From: Coriobacteriia bacterium
Lineage (GTDB): Bacteria; Actinomycetota; Coriobacteriia; Coriobacteriales; QAMH01
Length of the DNA: 64,000 nt
Reading direction: 5' to 3'
Assembly: GCA_003149935.1 (NCBI GenBank)
Contig: QAMH01000010.1
Location: 14,827 to 78,826, forward strand
Positions 6,371 through 14,578 of the stretch are shown here, piece after piece. The notes beneath the pieces are model-generated. The model was not told the DNA's origin. It worked only from the letters and a program-made list of their open reading frames with translations, and did no database searches. Position numbers and translations under genes: made by a program. The first letter of the stretch is position 1. Every line of letters starts with the position of its first letter.

Positions 6371-8695
6371 GTGATCATGGACGTCTTTGCCTCATATGCG
6401 CCCTTCATCCAGGACTTCATCTACCGTAACGGCTGGGAAAGCCTGCGTTCGGTGCAAGTCGCCGCCGCCGATGCCATCTTCAATTCCGAGGACAACGTCT
6501 TGCTGGCCGCATCCACGGCCTCCGGCAAGACCGAGGCTGCGTTCTTCCCCATACTCTCCCAGCTTGATGAGGACCCCTCCTCGAGCGTCGGCGTGCTCTA
6601 CATCGCACCGCTCAAGGCGCTCATCAACGACCAGTTCGGCCGTCTCACCGAGCTCTGCGAGGAGGCCGAGATTCCCGTCTGGCGTTGGCACGGCGACGTC
6701 GCGCAATCACGCAAGAGCAAGCTGCTCAAGCACCCGAGCGGCATCTTGCAGATCACGCCGGAATCCCTCGAAGCGCTGCTCCTGCACAAGCATTCCCACA
6801 TCCCCGCGCTCTTCGGCGACCTGCGCTTCATCGTCATCGACGAGATTCACTCCCTCATGCGCGCCGACCGCGGTGGTCAATGTCTCTGCCTCATCGAACG
6901 CCTCTCGCGTCTCGCATCATGCAGCCCGCGACGCATCGGGTTGTCGGCAACCATCGGCGACCTCGAGCTGGCCGGACGCTTCCTTGGCGCCGGCTCGGGT
7001 CGCGACACCATCATCCCCCGCATCGAGGACACGCAGCAGCGCTGGCGCCTGTCCATGTCTCACTTCTTCGTGGGAGAGGGCGCCGAGGAAATGGGTGAGA
7101 CACATTGGACAGGTACATCTGTCTCATTGGCAGAATCCAATGAGACAGATGTACCTGTCCAATGTGTCTCACCCTCCCCGCCCGAACCCGCCACCGATGC
7201 CGCTCCCGCAGGCGCGGACCTCGGCCTCGGCTACATCTTCGAGCATACGCGTGGCAAGAAGTGCCTCGTCTTCTGCAACTCGCGCGAGGAGGCCGAAGGC
7301 GTCACCACCACGCTACGTCGCTATTGCGAGGCCAACAACGAGCCCGACCGTTTCCTCATCCATCACGGCAACCTCTCGTCGGCCGTGCGCGAGAGCGCGG
7401 AAGACGTCATGCGCGACGAGGAGCTCGACCAGACGACCGTCACCACGGCCACCCTCGAACTCGGCATCGACATCGGTCGCCTCGAGCGCGCCTTCCAGAT
7501 CGATGCCCCCTTCACGGTGAGCGCGTTCTTGCAGCGCATGGGGCGTACGGGACGGCGAGGCTCGCCCCCGGAGATGTGGTTCGTCATGCGCGAGGACCGC
7601 GCCGAGCCGCGCACCACCCTGGGCGCGACCATCCCCTGGAAGCTCCTGCAGGGCATCGCACTCGTACAACTCTACCTCGAGGATCGCTGGGTCGAGCCAC
7701 CGCGACTCGACCGCCTGCCCTACAGCCTGCTCTACCACCAGACCATGGCAACCCTTGCCAGCGGGGGCGAGATGACGCCGGCCGAGCTCGCAGCCCGCGT
7801 CCTTACCCTCGGGTACTTTCATCGCGTGAGCAGCGAGGACTTCCGCGTCCTGCTACACCACCTCATCGACATCGACCACATCCAGCTCACCGAGGAGGGC
7901 GGTCTCATCGTCGGCATCGCAGGCGAGCGCGTCATCAACAGCTACCGCTTCTACGGCGTCTTCCAGGAAAACGAGGAGTACACCGTTCGCAACGAGTCCC
8001 AGGAGCTCGGCACCATCGTGCTGCCACCGCCCGTGGGCGAAAAGCTCGCCATAGCCGGTGCCACCTGGCTCGTCGAGGAGGTCGACCACAAGCGCCACCT
8101 CGTCTACGCCACGCAAGTAAAGGGCCAAGTGCCGGCCTACTTTGGCGACTGCCCCGGCGACATCAACACGGTCGTACTCGAGCGCATGCTGCGCGTGCTC
8201 ATGGAAGATGCGGATTATCCCTACCTCATGGACAACGCGCGCGGCAGGCTCGCCCAGGCCCGCTCGACCGCACGCAACGCCCATCTCGACCACATCCCGC
8301 TCGTTCGTCTGGGTGGCAACACCTGGGGGCTCTTCCCCTGGCTTGGCAGCTACGCCTTCCTCGCACTCGAGCGTTTCCTCAAGATCAAGTGCGCCGACCA
8401 GCTCCAACTCAAGGGTCTGGACTCGTCGCGTCCCTATTTCATGGAGTTTCGCATGAAGGGCGACGAGCAGCTCTTCTACGATGTGCTCGCGGAGCAGGCA
8501 ACCACACCGTTCGATCCCCTTGACCTCGTCTATCCCGACGAAATCCCCATCTGGGAGAAATACGACGAATACGTGCCCATCGAGCTCATCCGCAAGGGCT
8601 TCGCCGAGAGTGTCCTCGACATCGACGGCATGCTCAAGCGCGTGCGCCAGTGGTGCGGCCTGCCAGACGAGAAGCCGCTGCAGCTCCCGGGCTAG
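6371..8695 (+). CDS. sngC: Superfamily-2 DEAD/DEAH-box (Lhr-like) helicase, Shango SngC-like
   Basis: 774 aa. Motif I ASTASGKTEAAF, Ia YIAPLKALINDQ, II VIDEIHS, III SATIG, VI QRMGRTGRRG. GTG 6371 or ATG 6377 is the start, 3 nt after the sngB-like stop. Confidence 0.85.
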   Translation: MIMDVFASYAPFIQDFIYRNGWESLRSVQVAAADAIFNSEDNVLLAASTASGKTEAAFFPILSQLDEDPSSSVGVLYIAPLKALINDQFGRLTELCEEAEIPVWRWHGDVAQSRKSKLLKHPSGILQITPESLEALLLHKHSHIPALFGDLRFIVIDEIHSLMRADRGGQCLCLIERLSRLASCSPRRIGLSATIGDLELAGRFLGAGSGRDTIIPRIEDTQQRWRLSMSHFFVGEGAEEMGETHWTGTSVSLAESNETDVPVQCVSPSPPEPATDAAPAGADLGLGYIFEHTRGKKCLVFCNSREEAEGVTTTLRRYCEANNEPDRFLIHHGNLSSAVRESAEDVMRDEELDQTTVTTATLELGIDIGRLERAFQIDAPFTVSAFLQRMGRTGRRGSPPEMWFVMREDRAEPRTTLGATIPWKLLQGIALVQLYLEDRWVEPPRLDRLPYSLLYHQTMATLASGGEMTPAELAARVLTLGYFHRVSSEDFRVLLHHLIDIDHIQLTEEGGLIVGIAGERVINSYRFYGVFQENEEYTVRNESQELGTIVLPPPVGEKLAIAGATWLVEEVDHKRHLVYATQVKGQVPAYFGDCPGDINTVVLERMLRVLMEDADYPYLMDNARGRLAQARSTARNAHLDHIPLVRLGGNTWGLFPWLGSYAFLALERFLKIKCADQLQLKGLDSSRPYFMEFRMKGDEQLFYDVLAEQATTPFDPLDLVYPDEIPIWEKYDEYVPIELIRKGFAESVLDIDGMLKRVRQWCGLPDEKPLQLPG
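7093..7174. repeat. Perfect 38-bp-stem inverted repeat (6-nt loop) inside sngC-like CDS, TGAGACA/TGTCTCA family
   Basis: 7093-7130 is the exact reverse complement of 7137-7174 (checked base by base). Translated in frame as ...GETHWTGTSVSLAESNETDVPVQCVSP... between helicase motif III and the second RecA-like domain. Confidence 0.95.
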
Positions 8696-8768
8696 ACGCA
8701 GAGCTCAGTAATTGGAACCACATGGAATTTCGGTGACATGCGTGCTTTCAACAGCTGATGCCTAATCT

Positions 8769-8815
8769 TGCAAAAATCGCCTAAAAATGCAAAAATCGCC
8801 TAAAAATGCAAAAGC
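8769..8815. repeat. 19-bp tandem duplication TGCAAAAATCGCCTAAAAA x2 plus partial third copy
   Basis: 8769-8787 equals 8788-8806, and 8807-8813 restarts the unit. Each junction creates an ATG (8787 and 8806), and these are in different frames. Confidence 0.9.
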
Positions 8816-9933
8816 CAATCTTATCCGAAAGGCCTTATATGGTGCCGAATCCTTTCACTCCCACATTTGGACGAATTCCGCTCTTGATGACGGGAAGAGA
8901 TGCCATCATAGAAGAGATGGAGCAGGCTTTCGATATTGGTTCGGGCGACCCCAATTTATCGACAATCTACACTGGCGCCCGTGGCACGGGAAAAACCGCG
9001 CTCTTGCTCTATCTATCGCGTATCGCATCGGCCCATGGTTGGATAGCCGTTAATGTCACGGCCATTCCCGGGATGCTCGAAGATATTCTTGAGCAGACCA
9101 AGCAGGGAGCCGCGCAGTTCCTCGAAGCCTCTGACAATCCAAGATTGAGGAGTCTCACCATTGGCCAATTTCTTGGTTTGGAATGGGACAACCCGACGCA
9201 GGAGCGTGGCAACTGGCGTACGCAGATGGGAAAGATCATTGCCTCGTTAAACGATCAGGAGATCGGGCTGCTGATCACCGTAGATGAAGTTAATCCCAAG
9301 CTCGATGAAATGGTTCATCTTGCAACCACATACCAGCACTTTGTGGGAGAAGAGCGACAGGTGGGCCTGCTACTTGCCGGTCTTCCAGGCAATGTCAATT
9401 CGCTTTTGCGAAACGAGTCCGTTTCGTTTTTACGCAGAGCAAACCAACACAAGCTGGTGCGCATATCCGATGAAGACATTGCCGAGGGCATCAGAACCAC
9501 TATCGAGGAAGGTGGCCGTTCTATTTCACTTGAGGCCCTCTCATCAGCAGCTAAAGCTAGCGAGGGCTTTCCTTACCTCATGCAACTTGTAGGCTACCAA
9601 AGCTGGGCCAGAAACCCCGATAGCGAGACGGTCTCCGAAGAAGATGTTCACTGGGGCATAGCACGTGCCAGAGCAAGCTTCTCCGAACGAGTGCTCGACG
9701 CAACGTATTATGACCTCTCGGATGGGGACATTCGCTTTCTTCGGGCAATGCTTGCCGATACGAGGGAAAGTCGCTTATCGGATATCGCCTCGAGAATGGG
9801 AGAGGCCAGCAACTACACAAGCACGTACAAGCGTCGCTTGATAGAGCAGGGAGTCATAGGCGAGCGAGGGTCGTCCTACGTTTCTTTTGAGCTTCCCGGA
9901 TTCCGCGAGTACCTCGAAGACAGATTCAAATAA
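8806..9933 (+). CDS. ORC/Cdc6-like (AAA_16/Arch_ATPase-type) ATP-binding protein with probable C-terminal wHTH
   Basis: 375 aa. Walker A GARGTGKTALL, Walker B LLITVDEV. The N-terminal NPFTPTFG motif is common in this family. The true start may be ATG 8839 (MVPNPF...). Hand-counted lines are about 47-50% GC. Confidence 0.7.
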   Translation: MQKPILSERPYMVPNPFTPTFGRIPLLMTGRDAIIEEMEQAFDIGSGDPNLSTIYTGARGTGKTALLLYLSRIASAHGWIAVNVTAIPGMLEDILEQTKQGAAQFLEASDNPRLRSLTIGQFLGLEWDNPTQERGNWRTQMGKIIASLNDQEIGLLITVDEVNPKLDEMVHLATTYQHFVGEERQVGLLLAGLPGNVNSLLRNESVSFLRRANQHKLVRISDEDIAEGIRTTIEEGGRSISLEALSSAAKASEGFPYLMQLVGYQSWARNPDSETVSEEDVHWGIARARASFSERVLDATYYDLSDGDIRFLRAMLADTRESRLSDIASRMGEASNYTSTYKRRLIEQGVIGERGSSYVSFELPGFREYLEDRFK

Positions 9934-9976
9934 CCCGATTGACGTCACTCGGATCCGGCATCTCAAAGCGCAACTG

Positions 9977-10369
9977 CTACTCTCCCACCACCTGCACGTA
10001 CACCTTGCGATGCCGCGGGCCGTCGAACTCGCAGAAGTAGATGCCCTGCCAAGTCCCAAGCGCCATGGCGCCGCCCGTCACGGGAATGGTCTCCGACGCG
10101 CCGATGGCGCTGCTCTTGAGGTGTGCGGCGCTATTGCCCTCGGCATGCCTGAAATCACGCCGGTCGGGAAAGATGTCCGCCAGCGCGAGCTTGAGGTCGC
10201 GCACGACGTCGGGGTCCGCGTTCTCGTTGATGGTGATCGCGGCGGTGGTGTGCGGGCAATAGACCACGCATAGCCCTTCCTCGATGCCGCTTTCCCGCAC
10301 GATTTGCCTTATTCGCGCCGTGATTTCGACAAACCCGTAGACCGGCGTCTCCAGTTCGAATCGCTCCAT
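9977..10369 (-). CDS. yjbQ: YjbQ/UPF0047 family protein (secondary thiamine-phosphate synthase type)
   Basis: 130 aa. CPHTTAAITINENADPDV and GTWQGIYFCEFDGPRHRKV are family signatures as I remember them. Confidence 0.8.
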   Translation of the reverse strand: MERFELETPVYGFVEITARIRQIVRESGIEEGLCVVYCPHTTAAITINENADPDVVRDLKLALADIFPDRRDFRHAEGNSAAHLKSSAIGASETIPVTGGAMALGTWQGIYFCEFDGPRHRKVYVQVVGE

Positions 10370-10383
10370 GTCTGCCTCCCGTT

Positions 10384-10420
10384 AAAATGAGACAATATCT
10401 CTGAGCAATTGTCTCATTTT
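10384..10420. repeat. Single unit of TGAGACA palindromic repeat family (13-bp stem, 11-nt loop)
   Basis: AAAATGAGACAAT (10384-10396) pairs with ATTGTCTCATTTT (10408-10420). The loop sequence resembles the other family members. Confidence 0.85.
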
Positions 10421-10434
10421 CGACGGCGAGGAGC

Positions 10435-11253
10435 ATGACCATGAAGACGACGATACTCGTGGACAATGACGCGCAAAAAGGGCTCGGCTGCGAATGGGGG
10501 TTCTCCGCGCTCATCGAGACCGACGACGCTACCATCCTGCTCGATTCGGGCGCATCGGGGCTCTTCGCGCAAAACGCGCAGGCCCTCGGCATCGACCTGT
10601 CAGATGTCGACTATTGCGTGCTCTCCCACGCCCATTACGACCATGCCGACGGTTTCGGGGACTTCTTCGCAATCAACGACCATGCGCCGCTGCTCATCCA
10701 GGATGCCTGCGAGGAGGTATGCTGGAGCGATGCCAAAGGCGACATGAAGTACATCGGCATCCAGAGGGGGCTTCTCGAGCAGCAGGCATCACGTATCGAG
10801 CGCGTCGACGATGCCCTGCAATTCGCGTCCGGCGCATGGCTCCTGGGCCACAGCACAAAGGGGCTCGACAAGATCGGCGAGCGCGAGCACCTCTACCTGA
10901 AGACCGATGACGGGCTCGTCGGCGACGGATTCGACCACGAGCAGAGCCTCATCATCGAGACGCCCGCGGGACTCGTCATCTTCAACAGCTGCTCCCACGG
11001 AGGCATCGAGACCATCATCAACGAGGCGCGTGCTGCGTTTCCCGGCAAGCCCATCCGCACGCTCGTCGGCGGATTGCACCTGTTCCTGCGCGAAGATGAC
11101 GAAGTACACGCCCTTGCGCAAACCATCCGCGAGCTTGGCATCGACAAGATCTACACCGGCCATTGCACGGGAGAGCATGCGCTCGAAATCCTGCAGGAGG
11201 AGCTCCCCGACATCGTCGAGGCAACCTACGCAGGCCAGATTTTCGAGCTGTAG
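10435..11253 (+). CDS. MBL-fold metallo-hydrolase
   Basis: 272 aa. HxHxDH motif SHAHYDHADG, and a later CSHGG. Confidence 0.85.
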   Translation: MTMKTTILVDNDAQKGLGCEWGFSALIETDDATILLDSGASGLFAQNAQALGIDLSDVDYCVLSHAHYDHADGFGDFFAINDHAPLLIQDACEEVCWSDAKGDMKYIGIQRGLLEQQASRIERVDDALQFASGAWLLGHSTKGLDKIGEREHLYLKTDDGLVGDGFDHEQSLIIETPAGLVIFNSCSHGGIETIINEARAAFPGKPIRTLVGGLHLFLREDDEVHALAQTIRELGIDKIYTGHCTGEHALEILQEELPDIVEATYAGQIFEL

Positions 11254-11276
11254 GAGGCATCTTCGCACGGCGTTTT

Positions 11277-11344
11277 CGTGACAAGGGGGACGGGGGTTCT
11301 GTCACATCCATGGATGTGACAGAACCCCCGTCCCCCTTGTCACG
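11277..11344. terminator. 68-bp perfect palindrome (34-bp arms, no loop) between convergent genes; probable bidirectional terminator
   Basis: 11277-11310 is the reverse complement of 11311-11344 (CGTGACAAGGGGGACGGGGGTTCTGTCACATCCA | TGGATGTGACAGAACCCCCGTCCCCCTTGTCACG). Confidence 0.7.
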
Positions 11345-11357
11345 CCCCCGTATCCCC

Positions 11358-11459
11358 TCACTTCGAAGGCCCGCAAAACAGAATCGCGAGCATCATGATG
11401 ATGATGACGAACCACGCCATCGCGCTGGAACCTGCGAGTAATGCCGACAAGACGCCCAT
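11358..11459 (-). CDS. Small hydrophobic membrane peptide, 33 aa (below track cutoff)
   Basis: MGVLSALLAGSSAMAWFVIIIMMLAILFCGPSK. AAGGAG lies 7 nt upstream of the ATG. The ORF is directly downstream of the APC permease gene on the same strand. Confidence 0.35.
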   Translation of the reverse strand: MGVLSALLAGSSAMAWFVIIIMMLAILFCGPSK

Positions 11460-11531
11460 GATGTTTCTCCTTCGTTTGAACTGAACGACAAACCGAGAGT
11501 ACCAAGCGCCTGTGACACGTTTTCCACCTGC

Positions 11532-12953
11532 TCACTCCATGGTAATCTCGCGGTGCAGAGCGCGTGTCATGACCAGGTAGTACACGATGCCGATGGCTAT
11601 CCACACGACGCCGATGATCTTGGCGGGCACATCAAGTGAGAGCAGCAACGCAAAGACCACAATCATGCCCAAGATGGGGCAGACCAGAAAACGTCCGGGA
11701 TTGCCGTGATCCTTCTTCTTGAACCAGAACCATACGACCACGCAGAGGTTAAGGAGGAAGTACGTGGAAAGCGCACCGAAGTTCACGACCTTGCCCAATC
11801 CCTCCATACCGATGAACAGGAAGGGCGCGAGCAGGACAAGCGAGAGGACCGACACGAAGCACGTGGCGACGATGGGCACCTGGCGCTTCTCGTCGATCTT
11901 GGCTAGGACGCCGGGAAGCGACCCACTCTTGCCCATGACGTAGAGGATGCGTGACACCGACACCGTCGCGACCAAGCCGGTGAAGACGCCCTGGGCCAAG
12001 GCCACGGACACGGCGCAGACGACGCCAAACCACTTGCCACCCACGAGCTCGGCGATATGGTAGAAGCCGTTGTTCTCGTCGTTCTTGCAAATCTGGCCCG
12101 ACGGATCGACGCAGGTGGCGATGAAGCACGTCAGGACGAAGATGGCCACGAGGATGATGACCATGATCATCATCGCGCGCGACGGCCCGTGGCGCTCGTC
12201 CTTCGCCTCGTCGGTGAGCGTCGCCACGCACCCGAAGCCCACGAACGAGAACACCGCCAACGAGGCGGCGCCCATGACGCCGGATACCGAAAAGGTATTG
12301 GGATTGAACAGGGCGGTCAGCGAGAAGCCGCTCGTCTCGGGGTGCCCGATGATGTAGACCACGCCGAACACGATGAACATGCCGAGCACGATGAACTCGA
12401 GGATGAGCGCGATGCGGTTGACGAACATCGTCGTGCTCATGCCGCGTGACGCGACGACGAAGACGAAGACGAGGAAGATGAGGCACCAGCCCCAGACCGG
12501 AATCTGCGGCACGTAGGTGCTCAGCGCCTCGGCACCCATGATGAAGACCATGTCGGGCGACGTGAGATACTGCAGCAACATGAGCCAGCCGGCCACGAAT
12601 CCGAGGCCCTTGCCGATGCTCTTGGACGTGTAGGTATAGATGGAGCCCGACGACGGGAAGGTTCCGATCATCACGCCAAAAGACAGCACGGAAAAGAACA
12701 TGCCGATGAAGGCGACGAAATACGCGAGTGCCGGCATACCGCCCGATGCGTTGGACACGCCGCCGAAGAGGCTGAACGTGGCGATGGGCACCATGAAGAT
12801 GAGGCCGTAGACCACCATGTCGAACACGCCGACTGTCCTCTTGAAGCCGGCATCCCCCTGTGACGAAGACGCGTCCGCAGCCTGTGTCGCAGCTGGCGAG
12901 TCACCTTGCACCGAAGCATCCGTCTTCGGAGCTGCATCCTTGGCATCAGTCAT
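11532..12953 (-). CDS. APC-superfamily amino acid/polyamine permease
   Basis: 473 aa, about 12 hydrophobic segments. The N-terminal FDMVVYGLIFMVPIA block is typical of APC permeases. Confidence 0.85.
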   Translation of the reverse strand: MTDAKDAAPKTDASVQGDSPAATQAADASSSQGDAGFKRTVGVFDMVVYGLIFMVPIATFSLFGGVSNASGGMPALAYFVAFIGMFFSVLSFGVMIGTFPSSGSIYTYTSKSIGKGLGFVAGWLMLLQYLTSPDMVFIMGAEALSTYVPQIPVWGWCLIFLVFVFVVASRGMSTTMFVNRIALILEFIVLGMFIVFGVVYIIGHPETSGFSLTALFNPNTFSVSGVMGAASLAVFSFVGFGCVATLTDEAKDERHGPSRAMMIMVIILVAIFVLTCFIATCVDPSGQICKNDENNGFYHIAELVGGKWFGVVCAVSVALAQGVFTGLVATVSVSRILYVMGKSGSLPGVLAKIDEKRQVPIVATCFVSVLSLVLLAPFLFIGMEGLGKVVNFGALSTYFLLNLCVVVWFWFKKKDHGNPGRFLVCPILGMIVVFALLLSLDVPAKIIGVVWIAIGIVYYLVMTRALHREITME

Positions 12954-12965
12954 GATGACCCCCTC

Positions 12966-14456
12966 CTATCCTCTCCCGGTTTTCTCGCTCGTCGCGCTGT
13001 CCGCAACAGCCGTCTTCCCCTTCTGACGGCGTACGAGACGCGTGTAGACGACGGTGAGAATGACCGCCACTATCAATATGCCAATGGCAATGAGCAGAGT
13101 ATGCGAAAAGCCAAACGCGTAGGCATCGGCCTTGCTCATTCCCCCCGCCATCAAATGGGTGATATCGCCGGACATGATGCCGACGAAGAGAGCCGACGAG
13201 ACTGAGCTGCCGATCTGCACGATCGTCGAGTGGATGGACGAGCCATACGAGGAGATGGCGCGGGGAAGCACGTTGAGGTCGACGGTCTTTACCGCCGGGA
13301 AGAAAATGCCGATGCCCGCATAGGCTATGGCAGCGCAGGCAAGCAAGACGATGACGAGGAGCTGCGCGGAGGCGAAGTACATGCCGATGTAGCCGATGAG
13401 CACGATCGCAAACCCCACCGGCACGAGCGGCCACACGCCGTGCTTCGCAAGCAGATGGCCGCTGGGAAAGCAGCAGGCCGCATAGCACAAGATGGGCACG
13501 ATGCACATGCAACCGGCTATGAACGGCGAGTACGATGCCGCACCCTCGAGATACAGGGGAACGAGCAAGCTCATGTACACCGATGCCATGAACGCAAGCG
13601 TGACGAGCGTCTCGCCGACGGTGAACACCGGATTGCGCAGCGGCGTCAGATTGAGCAGGGGCTCGTCGATGTGCAGCTGACGATACACGAAGATGGCGAG
13701 TATCGCGATGCCGGCGAGCATGATGACGAGTGGCGGAAAGACCTCATGTGAGATCTCGTTAAGGCCGTAGAGGAAGCAGGCCAGGCCGACAAAGCTCAGC
13801 GCAACGCTCGGGATGTCGATATGGGCTTTTCTGCGCATATACAGATTGTGGATAGCCGGCCTGCCCGCAATGATGAGGACAAGGGCAATCACCGCGGGAA
13901 TGAGGAAGAGCGGGCGAAGGCCGACGCAGGTGATGATAAGACCTGAAACGGGCGGGGCAAACGCCAGTGCGACGCCAATGACACCGCTGTTCACGGCGAG
14001 CAAAGTCGCCGCCTTGCCCTTTGGCGCGATGGTGAGCAGTGCCTCGTTGATAAGCGGAAAGCACAGCCCCGTGCAAACGGCCTGGAGGGCACGGGCGACG
14101 ATCATGACCGGATAGTTCCAGGCAAAGAAGCCGAGCAACGATCCCACGAACGAGAAGACGAAGCCTATGGTCATGAGCTTGTGAAGGCCTATGCGCTCGA
14201 GCAGCTTCGCCGCCATGGTGATGGTCGTCGCGGTGACGATCGTGAAGGCGAGCACCATCCAGTTGGCTTGGGAAAGCGTGATGTGAAAGTCGGTTGCGAC
14301 ATAATCGAGCGCAACGTTCATAAGCGATTGCGTGAACGATGCGAGGAGATTGCTCACGAGCAGGACGACGATCATCGCCGTCCGCGCCGCGCCCACCGGC
14401 GGGCTTGGTATGCTCGCATCAGCCGCCATTTTGGCCCCACATTCGATAGTGTACAT
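12966..14456 (-). CDS. MFS transporter, DHA2 (EmrB/QacA-like, 14-TMS) type
   Basis: 496 aa, multi-spanning. LLASFTQSLMNVAL near the N-terminus is typical of DHA2. The start may be the internal M (MAADAS...). Confidence 0.8.
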   Translation of the reverse strand: MYTIECGAKMAADASIPSPPVGAARTAMIVVLLVSNLLASFTQSLMNVALDYVATDFHITLSQANWMVLAFTIVTATTITMAAKLLERIGLHKLMTIGFVFSFVGSLLGFFAWNYPVMIVARALQAVCTGLCFPLINEALLTIAPKGKAATLLAVNSGVIGVALAFAPPVSGLIITCVGLRPLFLIPAVIALVLIIAGRPAIHNLYMRRKAHIDIPSVALSFVGLACFLYGLNEISHEVFPPLVIMLAGIAILAIFVYRQLHIDEPLLNLTPLRNPVFTVGETLVTLAFMASVYMSLLVPLYLEGAASYSPFIAGCMCIVPILCYAACCFPSGHLLAKHGVWPLVPVGFAIVLIGYIGMYFASAQLLVIVLLACAAIAYAGIGIFFPAVKTVDLNVLPRAISSYGSSIHSTIVQIGSSVSSALFVGIMSGDITHLMAGGMSKADAYAFGFSHTLLIAIGILIVAVILTVVYTRLVRRQKGKTAVADSATSEKTGRG

Positions 14457-14578
14457 TCATCGTTTGTCAAGAGCATTGTACTACCGAATAGGCGAAATGC
14501 GCTATTTATTATTCGAGTGGCAATAGTGGTGCTAAGCAGTTGGTCTGTCCAGCAGCATCGAGATCCGGAAGGCCTCTT

